Below, in pieces: positions 19,777 to 29,983 of a stretch of 64,000 nucleotides of DNA; position 1 is the first letter of the stretch; the number at the start of each line of letters is the position of its first letter. The position numbers were made by a program, and so were the translations under genes. The DNA is from Tetramitus jugosus (taxonomy: Eukaryota > Protista > Heterolobosea), in NCBI GenBank assembly GCA_937625935.1, contig OW569362.1, positions 310,001-374,000 of the forward strand, read 5' to 3'. The notes beneath the pieces are model-generated. The model saw only the letters and a program-made list of their open reading frames with translations. It was not told the DNA's origin and ran no database searches.

Positions 19777-20039
19777 CTTTTCAACTGTCCTTGTGCCAAA
19801 AGTTGTTTTTTTTGTTTGTCAGTTGTTTTCACACAAATACCGAACTCGGGAATCTGAACTGGAATCTGTGAACTGAATAGACCATCACTACATTCCATCT
19901 TCATATCAACGACTGTGAACTTGTCACATCTTCGTTGCACTTCTTCAATGTATTTTGAAAAGTTCTCCACGACTCGTTCTCCTACTGTCGGCAGTTGTTC
20001 TGAAAAAGAAGGAAATGCTCTGTTGAAATGATAATACAC
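19773..20039 (-). pseudogene. ATG-less coding-like relic with a diverged second copy at about 17280-17394
   Basis: Open frame starting at GTG. 19896-19937 matches 17353-17394 at 35/42 nt ungapped, both encoding TVVDMKM. Confidence 0.4.
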
Positions 20040-20067
20040 GGGGGAAAATTTTTTAATGCTGATTCAT

Positions 20068-20682
20068 TTAAGCAGCAAGCTTCTTGGCAATAGAAGTAAC
20101 GTGCTTGCCTTGGAATTGAGCCATTCTCAACTCAGCCTCAGATGGCAATCTGCTACCATCACCTCCAGCAATAGTAGTAGCACCATAAGGACTTCCTCCC
20201 TTGACTTCATCATGACCAAATTGATCAGTGCAAGTGTATGGCAATCCAACAATAACCATACCCAAATGGAGGAAAGTGTGATGAACAGCCAAGATGGTTG
20301 ATTCTTGACCACCGTGTTGACTAGCAGTGGATGACCAGCAGGATGCAACCTTACCGACAGCAGTGTTTTGTGCCCAGATTTGACCCAAAGCATCGAGATA
20401 GGTCTTGACTTGAGCAGATGGGAGACCGAAACGAGTTGGTGTACCGAGGATCACTGCATCATAGTTGGCAAAGTTGTGTGGATCAGCAACAGGCACGTGA
20501 GCAAATGCCTTTTGAGCTTCGACAGCACCCATCTTGGCAAGAACAGACTCTGGCAGAGTTTCTGCGATTCTGTGGATATCGACTTCAGCGCCTTCAATTT
20601 CCTTGACACCTTCGGCAACAGCCTTTGCCATCAAGTAGTTGTGTCCATAGGTGGAGTAGAAGAGAACGAGAACTTTGACCAT
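20068..20682 (-). CDS. wrbA: NAD(P)H:quinone oxidoreductase WrbA (flavodoxin-like)
   Basis: KVLVLFYSTYGH, GTPTRFG, STASQHGGQESTI, GGSPYGATTIAGGDGSRLPS..EL..A.FQG. Confidence 0.97.
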   Translation of the reverse strand: MVKVLVLFYSTYGHNYLMAKAVAEGVKEIEGAEVDIHRIAETLPESVLAKMGAVEAQKAFAHVPVADPHNFANYDAVILGTPTRFGLPSAQVKTYLDALGQIWAQNTAVGKVASCWSSTASQHGGQESTILAVHHTFLHLGMVIVGLPYTCTDQFGHDEVKGGSPYGATTIAGGDGSRLPSEAELRMAQFQGKHVTSIAKKLAA

Positions 20683-21023
20683 TGTTAGAGTGTTAGGTAG
20701 GTTGGTTAGTTGGTTTGTTTTGTTGTTATTATTGTTGTTGGGAATTGGTTCTCTCAGCTGAACGATTCAGAGCTTTCTTTTGAACTGGGGGGACAATGGC
20801 CCATCGTAGCATTTCGATCGTTGAACTGGAGAAATTCCGAGATTGAACCACCGTAAATGTGTTTCAATCGGTTTTTGTCGGGTCCCGAAACACTTGACAG
20901 CTGACGAGTAATTGCCTGATTTTATCATTTATCCGAGGAACCACCGATGATAAAACGGTTTCAACCTGTACGGATTACTGTTGTGTCCCTTCTTAGAAGG
21001 ATAAAACTCGGTGATTTCAACAT

Positions 21024-22295
21024 TCACTCATGGAACAAGAATGAAACATCAGAAAGCTTGTGATCTCTCATTCTATCAATCAAGAATGGGAGTGAACGCC
21101 GAGTGATTGGACTGACGATTGCAGCCATGAAGATGTTTCCTGTTTCCAAGTGCGTAATAGTCATGTGCACAGGACGCAAGTCCATGTACTTTGTCTCACT
21201 AAACAATCCATGAATGACTGATCGATCATAAACCATAAACATCGAGGACCGGTAACCCTGGATCTCTACTCTGTTGTCTCCATTGAACTCACTTTGAATT
21301 GACAATGGAGTCATATCACAAGATCTTTTGTCCATTAGCCCACAACCATAAAGTTGTGAATCGCGATGGGACATAACAATAGTTCGATTTCCCTTTGCAT
21401 CGACGAACAGTTTTGAAACAAACGGTACATCTAGTATTAGGTGCCACGAAGCCCGTGCTACCTTTGTTCCATCTCCTAATTCACCCATTGCGTTCCATCC
21501 TACAGTAAACACTCTCCCTCTCGTAGTTAGTATAGCTGTATGAGCACCGCCCAAACCAACATCCTGAATCAATTCTCCACTCTCTAAATCAAGCGACGTA
21601 ACACGAGTAAATACACTTTTGTTTTCCAAGTCTTCGATTCCAAGTTGGCCACAACTATTGTACCCCACCGTGAAGACTAGTCGTTGGTCGACAACAATAC
21701 ACGCATGATAATGTCCCGCCTTCATATGAGTGATCCTCGAATGCTCACTACAACCATTCTCCGTGCTCATAAACTCATGAGCCCGTGTAAATACATCATA
21801 TGTGGATTGATCTTCACCAATTCCCAGTTGCCTATAACAGTTGGATCCTCGACTGAACACCCATCGATCATTCACTACGACATAAACACATTCTCCTGCA
21901 CAAACAAGTCGTGTGATTCGATTCACGGCGGATCCATCAAACAACTCTGACAAGTTCTTCCCCCAATCCACTTTCACCCACTCCTTCACACTCCCAATTC
22001 TATTCGCAGCAACAATTTCCGAATTGTCTGAATATCCAATACCAAACAATCGATTGTGATTCGTACACACAACCATAAACAACTCACCACATGCCATGTG
22101 AGTGATACACTCCTCTACCACTCCTTGTTTTTCAGTCTTCAGAGGAAACAGCTCTGTTGGATTCGGAAGATGGTGGACCGTGTCCGAGTCCAGCACCGGC
22201 TGGGATGATGACGAAAATGATGGAAAATGGGCATAGTCGTCACATGTCTTGAAGGCGTTCGGTGCACCAATGAAAAGGATGTGCTGTTGTACCAT
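21024..22295 (-). CDS. RCC1/BLIP-II repeat protein
   Basis: Repeats ACGE, GSNCYRQLGIG, AGHYH...GYNSCGQLG, GGAHT...GWNAMGELGDG; C-terminal LSDVSF. First ATG at 22295. Confidence 0.85.
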   Translation of the reverse strand: MVQQHILFIGAPNAFKTCDDYAHFPSFSSSSQPVLDSDTVHHLPNPTELFPLKTEKQGVVEECITHMACGELFMVVCTNHNRLFGIGYSDNSEIVAANRIGSVKEWVKVDWGKNLSELFDGSAVNRITRLVCAGECVYVVVNDRWVFSRGSNCYRQLGIGEDQSTYDVFTRAHEFMSTENGCSEHSRITHMKAGHYHACIVVDQRLVFTVGYNSCGQLGIEDLENKSVFTRVTSLDLESGELIQDVGLGGAHTAILTTRGRVFTVGWNAMGELGDGTKVARASWHLILDVPFVSKLFVDAKGNRTIVMSHRDSQLYGCGLMDKRSCDMTPLSIQSEFNGDNRVEIQGYRSSMFMVYDRSVIHGLFSETKYMDLRPVHMTITHLETGNIFMAAIVSPITRRSLPFLIDRMRDHKLSDVSFLFHE

Positions 22296-22563
22296 GATTG
22301 CTTGCTGCAGAGTTGTTTTCTGTTGGTGGAACAAATTATCAGAACTTCCCAGACGTCATCCAGTTTTTTTGTCCCGACACCACCGGAGAAACACCTTTAC
22401 AATGCTCCGTAAAAATACAAAATTGAAGATCTATACAACCACTAGGATCAAAATAGAAGTTCCACTGGAGAATTAACATAAAAGCCCTTGATCCAATCTG
22501 TTTGTTGAAGAGAAAACAACAGCAGCATCAGAAAAGAAGTGAAACAAGTTGTAGCTAGAAACT

Positions 22564-23076
22564 ATGTCATCCTCCGAAGTACACAAGTTAAATGATTTAA
22601 TCAGCGATATTCCTATTGCCATGCTAACCACTCAAAAGAAGCATATTAGTGGTGACGAAAAGTACCTGCACAGCAGACCCATGGTGGCACTCCGATTCAA
22701 TGAAAATGAGAAGAAACTATACTTTTTCTCAAGTGCTCACTCTCTCAAGAATATTGAATTGGACAAGTGCAACCAAGTCAATGTGTCATTCTCCGATCCA
22801 AGCAAGCACATCTATGTGAGTATTAGTGGAGAGGCAGTTCAAGATTCAAAGGATAGAGAGAAGATGAAGCGATTATGGACTCCAATGTGTGCCACTTATT
22901 TCCCAAAGGGAGTCGATGACCCAGAACTGAGCATGATTATCGTTACTGTAAAGCATGTTGAATACTGGGATGTCAAGACCAGAACCATGGTCGAGTATGC
23001 CAAGGCATGGGTTTCTGAGAAGATTGGATCTGTTCCATCCAGACCAGAATCAGACCACGGTACTATTGAATTGTAA
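22564..23076 (+). CDS. General stress protein 26 / pyridoxamine-5'-phosphate oxidase-like FMN-binding split-barrel protein
   Basis: I.DI.IAMLTT...LHSRPM...LYFF....S.K..E.....QVNVSF......YVSISG.A...LW.P....YFP.G.DDP.L......V..VEYWD. Confidence 0.9.
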   Translation: MSSSEVHKLNDLISDIPIAMLTTQKKHISGDEKYLHSRPMVALRFNENEKKLYFFSSAHSLKNIELDKCNQVNVSFSDPSKHIYVSISGEAVQDSKDREKMKRLWTPMCATYFPKGVDDPELSMIIVTVKHVEYWDVKTRTMVEYAKAWVSEKIGSVPSRPESDHGTIEL

Positions 23077-23207
23077 ATAAAAAGTCAATCGGGTTATGGG
23101 CCCACAAATCATAACACAATGCTTGTTTCAATTAATTACAACTTGCCTTGAGGAATCATGTTGCCATCAAATAGATTTATTGTCTTGGGTTAGAGTGCAC
23201 AACCAAT

Positions 23208-25220
23208 TCAGACGCAGGAGTCAACAGACACAACTGGAACTTCATCCTGGAGACTCATGTTACCTGATCCGAACAAGTTCTGTGGATCAATGTGCTTCTT
23301 CATGCCCTTCAACAATTCGACACCAGCCTTGCTGACCTGTTGCTCCATCCAGCTCATTCTCAGCTTTCCAACACCATGATGGTGACTCAAGGAACCTCCA
23401 TTGGCCATAATTTCATCACGAGCTTCGGATTCAACCTCTGAGAAGACACGGATTGGGTCTTTAACACCCTTAAAAATAAATCCAAAGTAGAAGTAAACTG
23501 CAGCACCAGTGTCATAGGTCTGAGTGACACGAGCAGACACCCAAGGTGTTCCTGGAACTCCCTTGCGCTTTGCTGATTCAAGGATACGGTTCTTTACATT
23601 GTTACACAATGGAAGAACCTTGCTCCATGGGACAGAGGTCTCAAAGCTCTCGGCCATAAAGAAAAAGTTCAATCCATAATCTCTCAAATACGCAATGACA
23701 TAGGTGAGCAGATAGGCACGCAATCCATTCTCTGGACCAGCCTTAATACCACCGTACTTGGCAGCAATACTGTAGATAATCTTTTGTTGGTTCGCAACTT
23801 CTTCTTCAGTTCCTTCAAACAACAATGATTGCACACACATGGTCTCTGGATCGAAACCGCAGAACTTTGTCACGTACATCTTCTTGAACCATTCATTGAC
23901 AGCCAACATTGTGCTATCGTCCTTGATCTTCATGGATTGACCAAATTGGAATTGTGAGTTATCAATCAAACGAACAGAGGCAGGCGCAACTCTTCTGTTT
24001 GCAATCTCGTGCATGCAAGCAACACCAGACTCGAAATCAGGGAACACAACAGATCCGTACACTTGTGCTTGAGGCAACTTTCTCACACGAACACACACCT
24101 CAGTCACAACACCCATGGTTCCTTCAGTACCAATAATGAGACTGTTCATTTCAGGACCGGTTGACTTACGAGGCACATTATTGTCCAACTGGATGGTTCC
24201 CTTTGGAGTAACAAACCTAATGTTGATAATCATGTCTTCAATATTACCATACAAGTTCTTCTTCATACCAGACGCACGAGTAGCGACCCATCCACCCATA
24301 GAACTAAATTCATAACTGTCTGGCTCGTGACCCAGTGTCAATCCTTCTTTTGCGAGCTTTTCTTGAATTTCAACACCAATGGCACCAGCTTCGATCCATG
24401 CCATATTCGAATCAAAGTCAATCTTCAAAATACGATTCATCTCTTGCATGTCCAATGAAATGATCATTCTATTTTCATTCTCAGGGCACATGAGTGATTG
24501 AGAGACTGTTGTTCCACCACCATATGGAATAATAGTCACATGATCTGCAAAATCATTGGCAATCTTGATCAATTCTTCCACATGAGCATGCTCACCAGGA
24601 TAAATGACAACATCGGGCAATCTCTTAAAATGACCATAACGCAACTGGAAAATCTCTTGACCAGAGTGACCATGACCATGCATCAATCTCGTCTCATCAT
24701 CAAAAGTCAAGTACTTGTACACGTTCTTTCCCTTGATTGCATCCAAAAAGGGTTGATAAATCTTTGGTTTTTGAATCTTTGTCGCCATTTCCTTGTAGCT
24801 TTGAGCAGGTGACTCAAAAGAGATGTCCAGTCCACAAAACTTTTCAATCCATGGTCTAAACATGGGAATGTACTTTCCTGATAGGAGATAACGATTACCA
24901 GAGACGAGACAATCCAAATTTTCATCCATGAGGAATTCAGTGTCCTTGAAGCCCCATCCATTCCACTTGATTAGCTTTTGTCTTTGGTTGGGAATGTTTT
25001 GACCCAGAATGGTGCCATCATCGTTTGCTACAGTGGATTTGAGTGCCTTGGTTTGCTTCAAGTGAGAAGCAGAGACAACAGCACATGGTTCTTGGTTGAC
25101 CAATGGTTGTTGTTGTTGTTTGATGTGATTGTTGTTGTTGTTGTTGTTGAGGTGGTTGGTCAACACTTGCAATCTACGATTGATTTTATTGCTATGGTTG
25201 TTGGATGATGTGGAGCTCAT
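23208..25220 (-). CDS. AGPS: Alkyl-dihydroxyacetonephosphate synthase (peroxisomal ether-lipid synthesis)
   Basis: PTS2 RLQVLTNHL, KWNGWG, GHEPDSYEFS..GGWVATRASGMKKN.YGNIED, RVTQTYD.GA.VYFYF, GGSLSHHHGVGK. Confidence 0.97.
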   Translation of the reverse strand: MSSTSSNNHSNKINRRLQVLTNHLNNNNNNNHIKQQQQPLVNQEPCAVVSASHLKQTKALKSTVANDDGTILGQNIPNQRQKLIKWNGWGFKDTEFLMDENLDCLVSGNRYLLSGKYIPMFRPWIEKFCGLDISFESPAQSYKEMATKIQKPKIYQPFLDAIKGKNVYKYLTFDDETRLMHGHGHSGQEIFQLRYGHFKRLPDVVIYPGEHAHVEELIKIANDFADHVTIIPYGGGTTVSQSLMCPENENRMIISLDMQEMNRILKIDFDSNMAWIEAGAIGVEIQEKLAKEGLTLGHEPDSYEFSSMGGWVATRASGMKKNLYGNIEDMIINIRFVTPKGTIQLDNNVPRKSTGPEMNSLIIGTEGTMGVVTEVCVRVRKLPQAQVYGSVVFPDFESGVACMHEIANRRVAPASVRLIDNSQFQFGQSMKIKDDSTMLAVNEWFKKMYVTKFCGFDPETMCVQSLLFEGTEEEVANQQKIIYSIAAKYGGIKAGPENGLRAYLLTYVIAYLRDYGLNFFFMAESFETSVPWSKVLPLCNNVKNRILESAKRKGVPGTPWVSARVTQTYDTGAAVYFYFGFIFKGVKDPIRVFSEVESEARDEIMANGGSLSHHHGVGKLRMSWMEQQVSKAGVELLKGMKKHIDPQNLFGSGNMSLQDEVPVVSVDSCV

Positions 25221-25446
25221 TTTTCTGTTGTTTGCCGCTTTCAAAAACTTTTTTTTTATTCACACACAACAAAATTGTTGTGAACCTGGTGATGATGACG
25301 TCGAATTGGATTGGTTTTAATTTTCCGGAGGGCAGCCGTTTAGGGCGATTGTGATAAAGTCCTGAGAAGCGCTCACAAGCAGAGACAATTCAGAATGGTG
25401 ACCTGGCAAGGGGAGTACAGTGGTCCCTGGCATAGAACGTAATTCG

Positions 25447-27893
25447 TCAAGTCATGGCCGATTCGAGCTGCCGAACGTGTTCAGCTTCTTCCTCGGTTAG
25501 TGGAGGATAATCATCCGGTACCATTGTAAAGAACTCTGGTCGGCACTTGATCCGTTGTATCAGATTGGGATATGAAATTCCAATGACATAACATCCTGTT
25601 AATAGGAGTCGATAATTGAATGATGCATTCCATATCTGCTTATGATCCATTGGATCACCCACATTCAAGTTTGGAATATCGTTGGTTGGTTGTGAACCAA
25701 TGATTCCGTTCTCCTTCAACGGATTAAATCGTTGATGCTGAAGTAAAACCTTGTTTGGCTTCCATACGTCCATGGGAAGACCTGAGAAGTATCTATTACC
25801 TGATCCCAAATCTAAAAAGATTGAAGCAAAATGAGAAGATTCAACCATTAGGGACTTTAGGTCAGTTTCCAACAAAGACGCAAGCGTCTTGATGGGTGCG
25901 CACATAATTGCAATGTATACTGCCATTCTCACACAGTATTGATTCACTTCACGCTTCATGTGCTTCGGTACAATCGATCTGAAAGATCTCGTACAAATGA
26001 TCAGATATGTAAGGTCGCATTTGTAGAGTAGACTTCGTATTCGGCTTGGAAATATATTGCTGTAGATTTGAACAAACATATCTAAGCACCTGATCACTAT
26101 TTCAGCAAAAATTTCGGAGCTGAAGGGTTCGTCACAACATCGATGTAAATCGTGACAAATTCCTTTCATGTACATGTACCATGACTCGATACCATAATTA
26201 CATCGCAACTCTGAAAGAAAAGGTCTAGACTTCGACCACTCACTCTGTTATTTGGTAGTTAATGCCTTATGGAGCGGAACAAATGCATGAGGGAATCTTC
26301 AAGTACTTACAATTTCAATATCCACCATGAAGTAAGTACAGCAAAACTCGAAATGAATCTGGATAATTCGTGCTCGAATAGATTCCATAAGCTTTTGTGC
26401 TGATATAACAACGTTTATCAGCTGTCTAGTCTCGCTTCCAATTAATCTTTCGATAGATGTCAGCTCACTAGCAATGAATAATAGCGAATTGTATGTGACA
26501 TCTATGTGAATCGTGGAAAATATTAGTTAGTGCCTGTACACAACAAAAGATGAAACAAGGTGAATACCATACATAAGTGCTCAACTGAGTTAGTACTCGA
26601 GGTTTCTTCTAGCATGACTCCAATATTAGTCACCAACGTGTGTACTCTCGGTATCAATTCGATTTCACATGGAGATCTTTGCTGACCAAATAACGAATAT
26701 TTAATAACCATGCGGATGATATCTGTTAAGTGCTCAAATAACTTCTTCAAACCAGGGAAAAGTTTGTGATCAATGATATCTTCTTCCAGATCAGCTATTC
26801 GAACATTGGATACAAGAGCATCAAGCTCTGACCGAATACAAAAAATCATCATTTGATGCAGTTTCTCATTCATCTGTTCTAGTTGATTCGGTTGATCACT
26901 GACGGTACTCTGTTGTGATCGAACATTGCCTATGATGTGCTTGGTATACTCATGAAATTTGTCGATAATAGTAAAGTAATTCATTATTATGTCTCGGGCA
27001 CTGTCACCAGTATCGCTTGAAAGGAAACCTCTTTCATCAGTGATAGAAGCAAACGCAAGTGAATCATCTATTAGTTTGTAAAGCTTTGTCGTGTATGTGT
27101 TTTCGAGCAGATTGGAAATGAGTGACCTATCTGACAGAAAGGATAAAATAGCGTCACATTCGTGCATGCAATGTACAAGTTCAACCGATATTTCTCTCAG
27201 GACTGGAATTGAAATGATCGTTCCTCTTTGAATTTCGTCATCTACATTCTTTAATCTCACGAGCATATACTCACGCACTAGTTCATCCTCACACATAAAG
27301 AAATGTGCATTTTGCAGTAAAACAACATGAGTATTGATGACCATCAACTGATCTTGATTGCTACTCTTACCCTCACTTCTAGTTGTTATACTTCTTATAT
27401 TGGTCAGTAGAATGTTGGTAATCTCGTTGACAACAGATTGAACACGACTATTGGTTGTCACCATGATTCCCTCGGTAGCTAATAGTGCTTGTTTAAACTG
27501 ATTAAATCCTCCCATTCTAGCCTTCATCAGATTCAATATTGTAAGTGATTCCGGCCATTGATTCTGCTTCAAAAATTGACATATCTCCTGAAGGTGTTCT
27601 TCTATCTCAGTTTCACTGTATGGCGGCATAGATTGCGGATTAGCTACCTGTGAACAACTATCAACCTCTTCTACCCTCATATAATCACGCTCCAACTTTC
27701 TCTTCTCACTAACACATCAATGATTTGTTAGAACAGTCATCATCGTTTATTATATGCACAGAAGTGAATAGAAAGTAATGATGACATACGCATTGACTTT
27801 CTGAATCAAATTTTCCACATCACTTAAAGCTTCGAATGGGTCATAATCTTGACGTTCAATCTTGCTTAGGAGCTTCGCAATCTGCGAGTTCAT
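25447..27893 (-). CDS. KIAA0825: KIAA0825 (DUF4495)-like protein, multi-exon
   Basis: W....PF..E.RC.Y.I..W..Y......DL and Y....PS..R......D.T segments match KIAA0825. ATG at 27893, first intron 27709-27789, further introns near 26.25-26.6 kb (boundaries approximate). Confidence 0.7.
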
Positions 27894-27935
27894 GCTTGCG
27901 CTCTTTTTTTATGGCAAATTCTGTAAATCTCTCTG

Positions 27936-28931
27936 TCAATTGCCAGTTTCTTCTTGAAGAGAGAATGCAAGATTGGACCGGAGTCTCACTCTCACAGTTT
28001 CATCTTCTTCTACTTGAGCCACTCCATCCACAACAGCTATGTTTCTGTATGTAGGACCCTTAAACTCCTGAGGACTATCACGATAAATCCAAATCTTTTC
28101 CTTCTTCTCCTTTTCCTTCATCCAATAACTGTTCCAATCAGCATTGGGCATCATAAGAAACACAGAGTACACTGTAGGAACATTGACTCTCTTTGTAATG
28201 AATGTTGCGGAAGAAAATCCGTTCGCACCAATCAGCAATTGCTGTTCATCGACCCAATCTCCATGCTTATCTCGAATCACACATGGTAGCTTAATGTACA
28301 CAAAATGTCTCATTGTTACTCTCTCGTGCGGCAACGCATGAACCCTGTTGGAACCAGTTTCATCACGAATCTTGTCCCACTTGAACTCTATTGAATGGTC
28401 TCGTGGAACAGACATCATCTCTCTCACTTGCAACTGCAAATTCGAGTCCCTATCCCAAGCATCCTGAAACATGCGCAACGACAACACTCTCAAGTATTCC
28501 ACAGGCTCCGTATTCGCCAACAAATGAACATTTTGCTTCTCCAGTATCATTAGTATGAAATCCGTGAGTTCATTATAGATGACAGCACCAAACAAACCCA
28601 CTCCCAAGATACTCAACAGTATCATCATTCTCTTTTGTCGTTCCTGTTGTTTTTCCCTCTGAATATTAATGTTATTGTGATTGATTCGATAATTGGAGTC
28701 ATAGGGAATGTTCGATGATGGTGGATCAACATTATTCTGTGATGTCATCATGCTGTTATTGTTCTTCTTCTTGGTGGTACCCAATGACACGAGAGAGCTC
28801 AGTGGTGACCACCACCTTGTTCGATTCGACGATGATGCATTCCTCACACTAAAGTTTGTGTTATGAACAAATAGGTGTGTTGCAGCCACTTTTCTTTGAT
28901 GAAGCACCGCTGGTCGCAGGAAAATCATCAT
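27936..28931 (-). CDS. Hypothetical single-pass membrane protein, probably mitochondrial
   Basis: Arg-rich, acid-free N-terminus (FSVRNASS), one TM segment (MMILLSILGVGLFGAVIY), globular C-terminus. Confidence 0.6.
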   Translation of the reverse strand: MMIFLRPAVLHQRKVAATHLFVHNTNFSVRNASSSNRTRWWSPLSSLVSLGTTKKKNNNSMMTSQNNVDPPSSNIPYDSNYRINHNNINIQREKQQERQKRMMILLSILGVGLFGAVIYNELTDFILMILEKQNVHLLANTEPVEYLRVLSLRMFQDAWDRDSNLQLQVREMMSVPRDHSIEFKWDKIRDETGSNRVHALPHERVTMRHFVYIKLPCVIRDKHGDWVDEQQLLIGANGFSSATFITKRVNVPTVYSVFLMMPNADWNSYWMKEKEKKEKIWIYRDSPQEFKGPTYRNIAVVDGVAQVEEDETVRVRLRSNLAFSLQEETGN

Positions 28932-29066
28932 TGTGTGAGATGTCGTTCGCTTTTTTGATCGAAGTTTTTCTGCTTGAAGCTTGTTTGTTCGAGAAGAACA
29001 GGGAACAAAATCAAGACAACAATCGAACAACTGCTTGATCAAGAAGAACACAATATCAACAACAAA

Positions 29067-29780
29067 ATGAGTCAGAATAGCAGCACTGAGATGAGAGACA
29101 CACCTAGAAGAAAAAGAAAGGCACCTCAACGATTCTCTGAAGAGGAACATCACTATCAAACGTCGACGAGAAGCACGAACAATGTGACGAATTCTTCAAA
29201 GAAGGCAAAAACGATTGATTTTAGTGGTGGAAGCAGTAGTAGTAGTGATGATCCTCTACTGCTACACGAACACAAGATTACAAATGAAGGAAACGGTGAA
29301 AGTGTAGTCAGTATCGACAGTTCAGCAGCTTCTTCATCTTCTTCTGCTTCGTCATCTACGACGAATGATGAACAGACAAAGTTGAGTGGGAAAGAGTATC
29401 AGAAGGCAGTGATACGGATGTTGTACAAGAACTCGACACTGTCCAGAATTAATCTTCAAAAGCTTTTCAATGCTCAAACGTTTCAAGTGTTGACTGATGA
29501 TGAAAAGAGACAGTTGTCTCAGTATTTGCCTAGTGTGGACGTTGGAGAAGATGGAATTGCTATACCGTACTTGTTCAAGAGTCAGTTCTTCAGAGAGAGC
29601 TTGGTACAGTTTCAGAGCTTGATTGGAGAAGGATGGCTCAATCCAAACAAGGATATCAAGCAAATTATGGAAGACAATCATGAGAGTAACACAGAAACGG
29701 GAACACAACAGCCAAACATGCAGTTTTGGACAAATGTTGTGCATCAGATGGACATGAGCTGGGTGAAGCAACTCGAGTAA
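29067..29780 (+). CDS. ASX-homology (DEUBAD) domain protein
   Basis: S.L..INL..LFN..TF..L...EK..L..YLP.VD ... FF......FQ..I.EG..NP; NLS-like RRKRKAPQRF. Confidence 0.8.
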   Translation: MSQNSSTEMRDTPRRKRKAPQRFSEEEHHYQTSTRSTNNVTNSSKKAKTIDFSGGSSSSSDDPLLLHEHKITNEGNGESVVSIDSSAASSSSSASSSTTNDEQTKLSGKEYQKAVIRMLYKNSTLSRINLQKLFNAQTFQVLTDDEKRQLSQYLPSVDVGEDGIAIPYLFKSQFFRESLVQFQSLIGEGWLNPNKDIKQIMEDNHESNTETGTQQPNMQFWTNVVHQMDMSWVKQLE

Positions 29781-29983
29781 AGCCAGCTACCGGACATTCA
29801 CAAGTCAAATTGTAAAATAATTTCTCCTTCTGCAAGTTCAAGAATTTCCGTGAGCTTCAATGTTCACTCTGTCATGAAAAAAATCGCTCGCTGCTCCAAA
29901 AAAATTCACACAGCCACAACAAAAAGCTTGAATTCTTATTTGTGAAACAACACACACGCACAAACAACCACCCAGACACAAAA

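Noticed and set aside
20068-23076. Bacterial contamination or chimeric contig
   Set aside because: Composition, codon bias and A/C-rich 5' leaders match the flanking intron-containing genes; no operon structure or Shine-Dalgarno pattern.
25398-25435. acctggcaaggggagtac resembles the 5' part of U1 snRNA
   Set aside because: It lacks the ACTTACCTG splice-site pairing sequence and the loop I motif, and a full-length U1 would run into the KIAA0825 CDS. Probably chance.
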